Positions 1 to 8,639 of a stretch of 64,000 bases of DNA are shown in pieces. The notes under the pieces are model-generated. The model saw nothing but the letters and a program-made list of their open reading frames with translations, was not told where the DNA came from and ran no database searches. The stretch covers positions 28,873-92,872 of the forward strand of contig JAKOXV010000013.1 in assembly GCA_029780855.1 (NCBI GenBank), read 5' to 3'. The position numbers and the translations under genes are program-made. The DNA comes from a bacterium (lineage in GTDB: Bacteria > Patescibacteriota > Saccharimonadia > Saccharimonadales > JAUPVS01). Positions within the stretch are counted from its first letter, which is position 1; every line of letters begins with the position of its first letter.

Positions 1-531
1 CGCGTAATCGCCGGTAGTTTAGGTGGAAGGCAATTCGAAGCTCCAGCTGGACATCGGACTCATCCGATGAGCGAAAAAGCCCGAGGAGCGATCTTTAATA
101 TGCTAGGAGACATTGAGGGCCTAACGGTACTTGATGCGTTTGCGGGCAGCGGGGCTCTTTCATTCGAGGCTATCAGTAGAGGCGCAAAAAACGCCGTGGC
201 TATCGATATTGACAACGGCGCTATTACCACTGTCGTCAAGAGCATTAGTGATTTAGGTCTCAAAAAATCCGTAAAGGCCATCCGGGCCGGAGTTTCCAGC
301 TGGTCAGATAATAACCCTGATACTAGTTTTGATATTGTGCTAGCCGATCCACCGTTTGAAAAACTACAAATCAAATCTGTCGAGCATTTAGTGGAACATG
401 TGAATGGTGATGGTGTCTTGGTTCTCTCCTGGCCTGGAGCGCTCAAGGCGCCTGAGTTTATGGGACTTACGATGGTTGCACAAAAAACGTATGGCGACAA
501 CCAGCTGGTTTTTTACAAAAAAACAGGGTAA
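1..531 (+). CDS. rsmD: 16S rRNA (guanine-N2)-methyltransferase RsmD-like, 5' end cut by window edge
   Basis: Frame 1 is open from base 1 to the stop at 529-531. It carries the SAM-binding motif VLDAFAGSGALSFEAISRG and the catalytic DPPF motif typical of the RsmD family. Confidence 0.75.
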   Translation, partial: RVIAGSLGGRQFEAPAGHRTHPMSEKARGAIFNMLGDIEGLTVLDAFAGSGALSFEAISRGAKNAVAIDIDNGAITTVVKSISDLGLKKSVKAIRAGVSSWSDNNPDTSFDIVLADPPFEKLQIKSVEHLVEHVNGDGVLVLSWPGALKAPEFMGLTMVAQKTYGDNQLVFYKKTG

Positions 532-556
532 AATAGTTCAGATTTAATCGCATCAT

Positions 557-641
557 GGGGATGTGGTGGAATTGGTAGACACGCGTGCCTTAGGAGCACG
601 TGCCGCAAGGCGTGAAGGTTCAAGTCCTTTCATCCCCACCA
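557..641 (+). tRNA. tRNA-Leu (anticodon UAG), long variable arm, CCA encoded
   Basis: Acceptor ggggatg pairs with catcccc. The anticodon stem cgtgc/gcacg carries loop cttagga (UAG). The T-arm is ggttcaagtcc, and the 3' end is a-cca at 638-641. Confidence 0.9.
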
Positions 642-647
642 AAGCAA

Positions 648-680
648 GGAGCCCAGCAATTCGGGGCTTTTTTCTTTTTT
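648..680 (+). terminator. Rho-independent terminator after tRNA-Leu
   Basis: Stem agccc (650-654) pairs with gggct (664-668), followed by a T-run (tttttctttttt). Confidence 0.6.
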
Positions 681-681
681 A

Positions 682-710
682 TTCATACCCGATTCTGTAT
701 CTGATACAAT
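682..710 (+). promoter_or_regulatory. Putative hisS promoter (TTCATA-17-TACAAT); the -10 ends 9 nt before the ATG and there is no SD
   Basis: By-eye match to the sigma70 consensus. The predicted TSS is ~2-3 nt before ATG 720, giving a leaderless-type layout. Confidence 0.35.
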
Positions 711-719
711 CTAAACAAT

Positions 720-2027
720 ATGACACTATCGACCCAACCATACAAAGGCGCACGGGATTTTTACCCAGAAGATAAGCGTCTCCAAAAGTATCTGTTTGAT
801 GTAATGAGAGGCGTAGTAGAGCGTTTTGGTTACGAAGAGTACGACGCACCGATTCTTGAACCGCTTGACTTGTATCTGGCTAAAACCGGAGAAGAAATTG
901 TAAATGAACAAACCTACGCATTTACTGACCGCGGTGATCGGCAGGTTGCCATACGTCCTGAGATGACGCCAACTGTTTCAAGGATGGTTGCCGCCAAGCG
1001 GCAGGAGTTAGCATATCCACTGCGCTGGTACTCTATTCCTAATCTTTGGCGCTATGAGAGACCGCAACGGGGAAGGCTGCGCGAACACTGGCAATTAAAT
1101 GTTGATCTATTTGGTATAAGCAACCTGGCCGCCGAGCATGAAGCAATTCAGGTGGCCGATGAGATCATGCGGGCATTTGGCGCCAAGCGTGATATGTACC
1201 AGATAAAATTAAATAGTCGTCGACTTATGGATGATCTGCTCAACAGTTACCTCGGCCTAGACGAGGTCGAGGCGCATAGTATTGCAAAACTCATTGACCG
1301 TATGCATAAGATGGATCCCGCAACATTTTCTGCCCAGATCGATGCCATACTCAGCCCAAGCAGGCGCGAAGACGGCACAGAAGACAAGCTCACAAACCTC
1401 TTGAAAATTACCCAACTCAACGAATTGCCAGAGGCGGTAAAGAACCATGCTTCCGTAAAAGAACTTGAAGTACTGTTACGGGTTTTGGAAGGTTCAAAAA
1501 TTACCAACGCTGTATTTGATATCACGCTGATGCGAGGATTTGACTACTATACTGACATTGTGTTTGAGGTGTTTGACACACATCCGGATAATAACCGTTC
1601 CATGTTTGGGGGAGGACGCTACGATGGTCTCGTTGGTTTATTTGGCGTAGAGCCCGTACCGACAGTAGGTTTTGGGATGGGTGATGTGACACTTCAAAAC
1701 TTCTTGGAAACTCATAAACTTCTCCCAAGCCTTAAACCAGAAACTGACGCCTACGTTGTGCTGATAGGCGATGTCTATGAGCAAGCCCAACGGGTGCTCA
1801 TGAGTTTGCGTGAAATGGGTCTGCATGTTGCGGTGGATACCTCAGAGCGTAAGCCGGATAAGCAGATAAAGAGTGCAGTAAAAAAAGGTCTTAGATTTGC
1901 GATTTTTATCGGTGAAAAAGAACTCAAAGACGAACAATACGTTCTGAAGGATCTAAAAACCGGTGAAGAACAAACAATGAGCGAACAGCGTTTAGTTGCC
2001 GCCGTTAAAGACTTCCGAAAAACATGA
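720..2027 (+). CDS. hisS: Histidyl-tRNA synthetase
   Basis: 435 aa with class II HisRS motifs (AIRPEMTP, LWRYERPQRGRLREHWQ, GGGRYDGL) and a C-terminal anticodon-binding domain. Confidence 0.95.
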   Translation: MTLSTQPYKGARDFYPEDKRLQKYLFDVMRGVVERFGYEEYDAPILEPLDLYLAKTGEEIVNEQTYAFTDRGDRQVAIRPEMTPTVSRMVAAKRQELAYPLRWYSIPNLWRYERPQRGRLREHWQLNVDLFGISNLAAEHEAIQVADEIMRAFGAKRDMYQIKLNSRRLMDDLLNSYLGLDEVEAHSIAKLIDRMHKMDPATFSAQIDAILSPSRREDGTEDKLTNLLKITQLNELPEAVKNHASVKELEVLLRVLEGSKITNAVFDITLMRGFDYYTDIVFEVFDTHPDNNRSMFGGGRYDGLVGLFGVEPVPTVGFGMGDVTLQNFLETHKLLPSLKPETDAYVVLIGDVYEQAQRVLMSLREMGLHVAVDTSERKPDKQIKSAVKKGLRFAIFIGEKELKDEQYVLKDLKTGEEQTMSEQRLVAAVKDFRKT

Positions 2028-2467
2028 CTGCATCAAACCATGTAATTGCGGGAGCGCTCATAGGCAGTATTATTGTGAATCCGATAGTCGCCATCCCCGT
2101 CGCTCTGGGTTCGCATTTTATTATGGATGCACTGCCTCATTGGTGCGGTCCAATAAGTCAGATATCACGGGCGTTTAAAACATACCTTATTACCGACATT
2201 GCCATCGCATCGCTCGTTATGTTGAGTATTGTGGCATTTCGGCCAGAACATTGGCCGATCATGTTTTTATGTGCCGGTTTTGCGGCTAGTCCCGATCTGA
2301 TGTGGCTGCCTGGTTGGATAGAGGATTTAAAAAAACTGCCCAAACACCGTATAACAACTATTGAGCGGTTTCATGCCTGGGTCCAGTGGGGACAGTTTTC
2401 TTGGGGCTTTGCTGTTGAAGCGGTCTGGTTTGTAGTTACTGCGGCCTATCTGTTAAGTTTAGTCTGA
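2024..2467 (+). CDS. Small polytopic membrane protein, function unknown (His-containing motifs GSHFIMDALPHW)
   Basis: 147 aa with 4 predicted hydrophobic helices. The start overlaps the hisS stop (ATGA coupling). Confidence 0.6.
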   Translation: MTASNHVIAGALIGSIIVNPIVAIPVALGSHFIMDALPHWCGPISQISRAFKTYLITDIAIASLVMLSIVAFRPEHWPIMFLCAGFAASPDLMWLPGWIEDLKKLPKHRITTIERFHAWVQWGQFSWGFAVEAVWFVVTAAYLLSLV

Positions 2468-2514
2468 AGCGTTAGTAGAATTCGCTCGAATAATCTGTTA
2501 CAGTAGGATTCCAT

Positions 2515-3798
2515 ATGAATGTAAAAAAGACCAATCACTCCCCAACCTCAGTAACATTGCAGTTTAGTGTGCATGAAGCTGAATTATTACCAATTAAACA
2601 AAAGGCTGTAGCAAAGCTTGGCGCCAACCTTAAGATCGCCGGATTCCGTCCCGGAAAAGCACCACAAGGCGTTATTGAGAAAAACATTGACCAATCTCTG
2701 TTGCAAACGGAAGTTCTAGAAGAGGCAGTCAATAACCTGTACGTAAAAGGGGTGGAGGAGCACCAGCTACGACCCGTAGGACAGCCAGAAATTTCTATCA
2801 AAAAGTTTGTACCTTTTACAACGCTTGAGTTTGAAGCGAAGATGGATGTGGTGGGCGAGATTAAGCTAGCGGATTACAAAAAAATCAAAAAAACTAAAGA
2901 AGTAACTAAAGTTCTAGCCAAAGATGTCCAAGAAGTTCTAGATTCGCTGAAAGTTCGTGCCGCTGATAAAAAAGACGTTTCCAGAGCGGCAAAAAATGGA
3001 GATCAGGTGATTATAGACTTCTCAGGAAAAGATACTAAAGGGAAGCCGGTGGCCGGCGCTGAAGGGACTGGCTACCCACTGATTCTTGGCAGTAATTCGT
3101 TTATTCCTGGGTTCGAAGATAATCTTATTGGTATGAAAGCTGGTGATGAAAAAAGTTTTGAAATCACCTTCCCGAAAGACTATGGCGTGCACGCTCTAGC
3201 GAACTCCAAAGTTACGTTTACGGTGAAAGTCGGTGGAGTCCAGGAAGTAGTAGAGCCAAAGATCGATGATGAATTTGCTAAAAAGGTAGGTCCCTTTAAG
3301 ACGGTTGAGGAATTAAAAGCTGATATTAAAAAGCAGCTTACCGCTGAGCGACAGAATGAACTAGACCGAAAATTCGAACAGGAATTGATAGAAGAGATCG
3401 CAAAAAAGAGCACTGTTAACGTGCCAGAAGGCCTCATAGAGGAACAATTAGATGCTGCGGAGCGTGAGGAACGGCAAAATCTTATGTACCGCGGTCAAAC
3501 ATGGGAAGAGCATCTTAAAGATGAAGGTGTTACCGAATCAGAACACCGTGAACGTAATCGGAAGAGTGCCGAAGAGCGCGTAAAAGCCGGCTTGGTTCTG
3601 AGTGAAATATCAGAAAAAGAGCAGCTGAGCGTAACACCTGAGGAATTAGAAATGCGTATCCAACTATACAAGGGTCAGTATCAAGATGCTGCAATGCAGG
3701 CTGAACTAGATAAGCCTGAAAACCGCCGGGATATCGCCATGAGGATCCTCACGGAGAAAACAATAAATAAGCTAACGGATTATGCCACTGCCAAATAA
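2515..3798 (+). CDS. tig: Trigger factor
   Basis: 427 aa with the ribosome-binding signature GFRPGKAP near the N-terminus, a central FKBP-type PPIase region (FIPGFEDNLIGMKAG), and a helical C-terminal arm. Confidence 0.93.
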   Translation: MNVKKTNHSPTSVTLQFSVHEAELLPIKQKAVAKLGANLKIAGFRPGKAPQGVIEKNIDQSLLQTEVLEEAVNNLYVKGVEEHQLRPVGQPEISIKKFVPFTTLEFEAKMDVVGEIKLADYKKIKKTKEVTKVLAKDVQEVLDSLKVRAADKKDVSRAAKNGDQVIIDFSGKDTKGKPVAGAEGTGYPLILGSNSFIPGFEDNLIGMKAGDEKSFEITFPKDYGVHALANSKVTFTVKVGGVQEVVEPKIDDEFAKKVGPFKTVEELKADIKKQLTAERQNELDRKFEQELIEEIAKKSTVNVPEGLIEEQLDAAEREERQNLMYRGQTWEEHLKDEGVTESEHRERNRKSAEERVKAGLVLSEISEKEQLSVTPEELEMRIQLYKGQYQDAAMQAELDKPENRRDIAMRILTEKTINKLTDYATAK

Positions 3799-4165
3799 CG
3801 AGCCTGGCTCGGAACTTTCATTGGTGGAACTTTTTGAGCGGTTTAACGCCGGTGATTTTGATATGGCCCCGGTAGTGCCAGAACCTGTTCCCGTGCCGGA
3901 AAGAACAATATTTGATTGGAACGACCAACCAGAAATCGCTGGAAATCTTGCGGAGCCGGACGACAAGCCATTGAGGCAAACAATAAAAGCCTGTACCGCG
4001 GGAATGTTTGGAGGGCTTGGAATGCTGTGGATTGGTGCTCAGGGCGAAGATCTTCCTCATCAAGTTGTGGAAGGTGTAGGTTTTATTGCGGCCGGATTTT
4101 GTGGAAGTATTGCAATGCTGGGGTCTATGCTTGGCTGCGCTCCAAAAAGATCTCGTCGGATATAA
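3782..4165 (+). CDS. Hypothetical small membrane protein (acidic/Pro-rich N-terminus, two Gly-rich TM helices)
   Basis: 127-aa ORF overlapping the tig 3' end by 17 nt. It has no clear SD, and a strong hairpin follows the ORF. The start is uncertain (alternative ATG at 3863). Confidence 0.4.
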   Translation: MPLPNNEPGSELSLVELFERFNAGDFDMAPVVPEPVPVPERTIFDWNDQPEIAGNLAEPDDKPLRQTIKACTAGMFGGLGMLWIGAQGEDLPHQVVEGVGFIAAGFCGSIAMLGSMLGCAPKRSRRI

Positions 4166-4194
4166 TTAGCACTCTTGCAATGAGAGTGCTAATT
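4164..4194 (+). promoter_or_regulatory. 12-bp perfect hairpin (aattagcactct / agagtgctaatt, 7-nt loop) between the small ORF and clpP
   Basis: Inverted repeat read directly from the sequence. The tail is not U-rich (ggttatc), so this could be a terminator, a processing site or a stabiliser. Confidence 0.45.
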
Positions 4195-4229
4195 GGTTAT
4201 CATGGTGTTACGAGTAATGAGGTACGTAT

Positions 4230-4859
4230 ATGATGAATGAAAATTATGCTAGTAAACCGCAATCAGTTCTGATTCCTACCGTTATAGAGAATGATGGACG
4301 GATTGAGCGTGCTTATGATATTTATTCACGATTACTTAAAGATCGAATTATTTTTATGGGTGAGGATGTTAATCCACATACCGCCAACCTGATCACCGCC
4401 CAACTACTGTTCTTGGATAACGAAAATCCAAACAAAGATATCTATTTGTATATAAATAGTCCTGGCGGTAGCGTCTACGACGCACTGGCAATTTACGATA
4501 CGATGCAATTCGTTAAGGCCGATGTGCAGACAGTGGGAATTGGCATTCAGGCCAGTGCGGCTGCATTCTTATTGAGTTCTGGAACCAAGGGAAAACGCTA
4601 CATTCTACCGAATGCAAGTGTAATGATTCACCAGCCCAGCAGCGGTACACGTGGAAAGGTAACCGATCAAGAGATTGATCTCCGAGAAAGTTTGCGTGTT
4701 AAGAAGCTACTCGAAGAAATAATGGCAAAGAATACTGGTCAGAAACTAGCAACGATCCACGATGATATGGAGCGAGATAAGTGGATGACTGCCGAACAGG
4801 CTAAAAAATACGGTATCGTCGACGCGGTAATCCAAACGGCTCCAAAACCCAAGAAATAA
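4230..4859 (+). CDS. clpP: ATP-dependent Clp protease proteolytic subunit
   Basis: 209 aa. The Ser-His-Asp contexts are conserved ([23 protein letters not shown]). The SD gagg lies upstream. No clpX follows. Confidence 0.93.
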   Translation: MMNENYASKPQSVLIPTVIENDGRIERAYDIYSRLLKDRIIFMGEDVNPHTANLITAQLLFLDNENPNKDIYLYINSPGGSVYDALAIYDTMQFVKADVQTVGIGIQASAAAFLLSSGTKGKRYILPNASVMIHQPSSGTRGKVTDQEIDLRESLRVKKLLEEIMAKNTGQKLATIHDDMERDKWMTAEQAKKYGIVDAVIQTAPKPKK

Positions 4860-4889
4860 TGTGGTCTAACGCTGTCCGTATAAAATTGC

Positions 4890-4918
4890 TTGACAATATA
4901 CTTGCACTCCTTCAGAAT
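4890..4918 (+). promoter_or_regulatory. Putative rpoBC promoter (TTGACA-17-CAGAAT)
   Basis: Perfect -35 hexamer at 4890-4895, a 17-nt spacer, and a -10-like CAGAAT at 4913-4918. Called by eye. Confidence 0.4.
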
Positions 4919-5051
4919 AGAGGTAGAAGTAGGGTAAGTGGGTAGTGCTGTATTTCCTTAAAATACAAGCACCAGAAACGCTCATTTTAGATGGCTTCGC
5001 GCGAAAATCATCAAAATATTACAATTTAACCTCCAAGGAGTATTGCTCTTT

Positions 5052-8000
5052 ATGGCAGCAAAGAGTTCGTCTGATCTTAAACAGAAACAGACTCGCGTAT
5101 TCTTCACTTCGGGTGATGACGCACTAGAACTCCCCAACCTTGTAGACCACCAAAACAAATCATTCCAATGGTTTGTAGAGGAAGGTTTGGGCGAGCTTTT
5201 AAGCGAAATCAGTCCGATTGACGACTATACGGGTACAAAATTAAGCTTACGTTTTAAGGATTATCGGTTTGAAGAACCAAAGATGACCGAAAGCGAAGCT
5301 CGAGAAAACAACGTAAGTTTTGATGCACCGCTAAAGGCGATGGTTGAGCTTACCAACAAAGTAACGGGAGAAGTTAAAGAACAAGAAATTTATCTCGGTG
5401 ATTATCCATGGATGACATCTCGGGGTACTTTCGTAATTAACGGGGCAGAACGCGTTGTAGTCAGCCAGTTAATCCGTTCAGCAGGCGTATTCTTTACCGC
5501 TGATGCGCACGGTTCTACCAATCTATATGGTGCGAAGGTCATCCCTGGCCGTGGTGCATGGTTAGAGTTTGAGACCGCTGCCAACGGTGCCATTTACGTA
5601 AAAATAGACAGAAAGCGAAAAATACCGGTAAGCACCTTGCTTCGCGCGCTCGGTGTTACGGAATCGCAAATGAAAGATCATTTCAAGCATGTCGATCAGG
5701 GAGAAACTAGTTACCTTGACGCAACGATCGAAAAAGATACTTCAAAAGGTGCCAACGATGCACTTATTGAGGTATACCGTCGTCTGCGACCGGGTGATCT
5801 AGCGACCGTTGATAACGCTCGTAGCTTGCTTGAGAACATGTTCTATAACTTCAAGCGTTTTGACTTTAGTCGTGTTGGACGGTACAAGATCAATAAGCGG
5901 TTGAATCTAGACGTTCCAAATACCGCAGAAAACCGAGTCATGCGTCTTGAGGACCTTATCGCTATCATCGCCGAGATTATCCGATTAAACAACACTCAGG
6001 AACCTGCAGATGACATCGATTCATTAGCTAACCGACGAGTTAAATTGGTTGGCGAACTGGTACAGCGTCAGTTCCGCATTGGATTGCTTCGCATGGAACG
6101 CAACACCAAAGATCGCATGAGTATGTCTGAAATAGAGACTGTCACGCCATCTCAGCTAATCAACGCGCGTCCGGTAGTAGCTGCGGTCCGCGAATTTTTT
6201 GCAAGTTCGCAGCTTTCCCAGTTCATGGATCAGATCAACCCACTTTCTGAGCTCGCCCATAAACGGCGCCTGAGCTCTATGGGTCCTGGTGGTTTGAGTC
6301 GAGAACGTGCTGGATTTGAGGTTCGTGATGCTCATGCTACTCATTATGGTCGTATCTGTGCTGTAGAAACACCAGAAGGTGCCAACATTGGTTTGGTGCT
6401 CAACTTGGCGAACTACGCCCGTATTAATGAGTATGGTTTTGTAGAAACGCCATACCGCAAAGTTATTAATGCGGTAACTGCAAAAGATGCTGCTGGCCAT
6501 GTTGCGTCAGTTGACCTTGAGGACGAAAACGGAAAAGTTATCGTTAAGGCGGGTGCGAAGATCTCTGCAGCTGATGCCAAGAAACTTGCTACCGTAAAGA
6601 ATCAAGTTAGGTGGCCAGTTAAAGCTGTAGTCACCAACGAAGTTGTGTACCTGGACGCTTCTGGTGAAGAAAGCGCCGTTATCGCTAACGCAAGTGAACC
6701 GATTGACGAAAATGGTTACTTCACAAACGACCGCGTTAGCGCCCGAAGCCGGCTGGTTTCTGGTGAAGTTGATGCCGATGACGTTACTCATATGGATGCC
6801 GCTCGAAAGCAAATTATTGGCTCTAGCGCCGGCCTGATTCCATTCATAGAAAAGAACTATGTGTACCGATCGCTCATGGGTAGTAACCAGCAGCGACAAG
6901 CCGTGCCGCTGATAAACCCAGCTGCTCCTATTGTGGGAACAGGTTTAGAGGGAGCTGTAGCGCGCAACAGTGGGCAAGTAGTAACTGCCGATGGTCCCGG
7001 AGAAGTTACTTCAGCAAGTGCTGATAAAGTAGTCGTGAAGTACAAAGAAGGTTCAGTTACCTATGAACCGCTTCACTACATTCGTAGTAACGAAGGAACA
7101 TCAATCAACCAGCGCGTTGTCGTTAAAACCGGAGACAAGCTTAAAAAGGGTGATGTCCTAATTGAGGGTATGTCAATCGCTGATGGCGAACTAGCTCTTG
7201 GTAAAGATCTGATGGTTGCCTTCATGCCATGGCGTGGATACAACTTTGAAGACGCCATCATTATTTCCCGTAAGTTAGTCGAGGATGACACGCTTACGTC
7301 TGTCCATATTGTTGACTACATGACAGAAGTGCGGGAAACAAAGCTTGGTCCTGAAGTAGTAACGCGTGATATACCGAACGTCAGCGAGGAATCGCTCCGT
7401 CATTTAGATGAAGACGGAATCGTGCGTATTGGTGCTGAAGTCCATCCAGGAGACATTCTGGTAGGAAAGATCACGCCAAAGGGTGAGCAAGAGTTAAGCT
7501 CTGAAGAGCGTCTACTTCGAGCCATCTTTGGTGAAAAAGCTAAAGAAGTGCGTGATACTTCACAGCGGATGAGCAATGGTAAGCATGGAAAAGTTGTAGG
7601 TGTTAAGGTGTTTAGCCGTGCTAACGGTCATGAACTTAAGGCCGGTGTCATCATGCAGATCCAGGTATTCGTTGCCCAAATGCGTAAGATTTCTGTGGGA
7701 GATAAGCTTGGTGGACGACACGGAAACAAGGGTGTTATCGCCCGCGTACTACCAGCAGAAGATATGCCGTTCATGGAGGATGGTACACCAGTAGATATCG
7801 TCCTTAACCCGCTCGGTGTGCCTTCACGTATGAACGTTGGGCAGTTATTTGAAACGCACCTTGGCATGGCCGCTCGAGCACTTGGTATTAAGGTTGCCAG
7901 CCCTTCATTCAATGGTGTATCAACTGCTAAAATCGAAGATTTGCTAGAGGAAGCTGGCTATCCTAAAGATGGTAAGCAACAGCTATTTGATGGCCGCACA

Positions 8001-8639
8001 GGTGAACCGTTCAAAGAGAGAACAACGGTTGGATCGATGTATATGATTAAGCTAAATCATATGGTTACTGATAAGATTCACGCTCGTTCAACAGGACCAT
8101 ACACCATGGTCACCCAGCAACCTCTCGGTGGTAAGGCGCAAAATGGTGGTCAGCGATTTGGAGAGATGGAAGTCTGGGCCCTGGAAGCTTACGGAGCTGC
8201 CAATACGCTTCAGGAAATGCTCACCATTAAGTCTGACGACGTATATGGACGTAGCAAAGCGTACGAATCTATCATCAAGAAGACCGAAATTGTGGGGCCG
8301 AAGGTACCGGAGAGCTTTAACGTGCTCGTAAAAGAACTTCAAGGTCTTGGACTTAAGGTCGACCTCGTACAATCTGACGAAGTAGTAGACGCCGAAAAGG
8401 TACTTTCCATTAACATTAAAGAAGAAGCAGAGCATCCATCTGATGTAACCGTTCCAGATGAGGAAATTTCAGACATTGACGTAACGAACGATGTAGTGAG
8501 CGACGAGTTTGAGATGATCGAACTTGATGATCAACTGCATGAAGGCGGAGTTGCAACGGCTGAAACAGAATCAACTGAAAGCGAGGAAGCAGCCGGTGTA
8601 ACGTCTGTGGATGAAGATGAAAACAAGGAGGTAGCGTAA
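5052..8639 (+). CDS. rpoB: DNA-directed RNA polymerase subunit beta
   Basis: Conserved beta motifs (GPGGLSRERAGFEVRDAH, GGRHGNKGV, GGKAQNGGQRFGEMEVWALEAYGA). I prefer ATG 5052 (AGGAG 11 nt upstream) over the track's TTG 5043. The protein has a ~90-aa acidic C-terminal tail. Confidence 0.97.
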   Translation: MAAKSSSDLKQKQTRVFFTSGDDALELPNLVDHQNKSFQWFVEEGLGELLSEISPIDDYTGTKLSLRFKDYRFEEPKMTESEARENNVSFDAPLKAMVELTNKVTGEVKEQEIYLGDYPWMTSRGTFVINGAERVVVSQLIRSAGVFFTADAHGSTNLYGAKVIPGRGAWLEFETAANGAIYVKIDRKRKIPVSTLLRALGVTESQMKDHFKHVDQGETSYLDATIEKDTSKGANDALIEVYRRLRPGDLATVDNARSLLENMFYNFKRFDFSRVGRYKINKRLNLDVPNTAENRVMRLEDLIAIIAEIIRLNNTQEPADDIDSLANRRVKLVGELVQRQFRIGLLRMERNTKDRMSMSEIETVTPSQLINARPVVAAVREFFASSQLSQFMDQINPLSELAHKRRLSSMGPGGLSRERAGFEVRDAHATHYGRICAVETPEGANIGLVLNLANYARINEYGFVETPYRKVINAVTAKDAAGHVASVDLEDENGKVIVKAGAKISAADAKKLATVKNQVRWPVKAVVTNEVVYLDASGEESAVIANASEPIDENGYFTNDRVSARSRLVSGEVDADDVTHMDAARKQIIGSSAGLIPFIEKNYVYRSLMGSNQQRQAVPLINPAAPIVGTGLEGAVARNSGQVVTADGPGEVTSASADKVVVKYKEGSVTYEPLHYIRSNEGTSINQRVVVKTGDKLKKGDVLIEGMSIADGELALGKDLMVAFMPWRGYNFEDAIIISRKLVEDDTLTSVHIVDYMTEVRETKLGPEVVTRDIPNVSEESLRHLDEDGIVRIGAEVHPGDILVGKITPKGEQELSSEERLLRAIFGEKAKEVRDTSQRMSNGKHGKVVGVKVFSRANGHELKAGVIMQIQVFVAQMRKISVGDKLGGRHGNKGVIARVLPAEDMPFMEDGTPVDIVLNPLGVPSRMNVGQLFETHLGMAARALGIKVASPSFNGVSTAKIEDLLEEAGYPKDGKQQLFDGRTGEPFKERTTVGSMYMIKLNHMVTDKIHARSTGPYTMVTQQPLGGKAQNGGQRFGEMEVWALEAYGAANTLQEMLTIKSDDVYGRSKAYESIIKKTEIVGPKVPESFNVLVKELQGLGLKVDLVQSDEVVDAEKVLSINIKEEAEHPSDVTVPDEEISDIDVTNDVVSDEFEMIELDDQLHEGGVATAETESTESEEAAGVTSVDEDENKEVA

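Noticed and set aside
563-775. 70-aa track ORF overlapping tRNA-Leu and its terminator
   Set aside because: It reads straight through a well-formed tRNA gene and a hairpin/T-run, and it has no SD. It is a spurious ORF.
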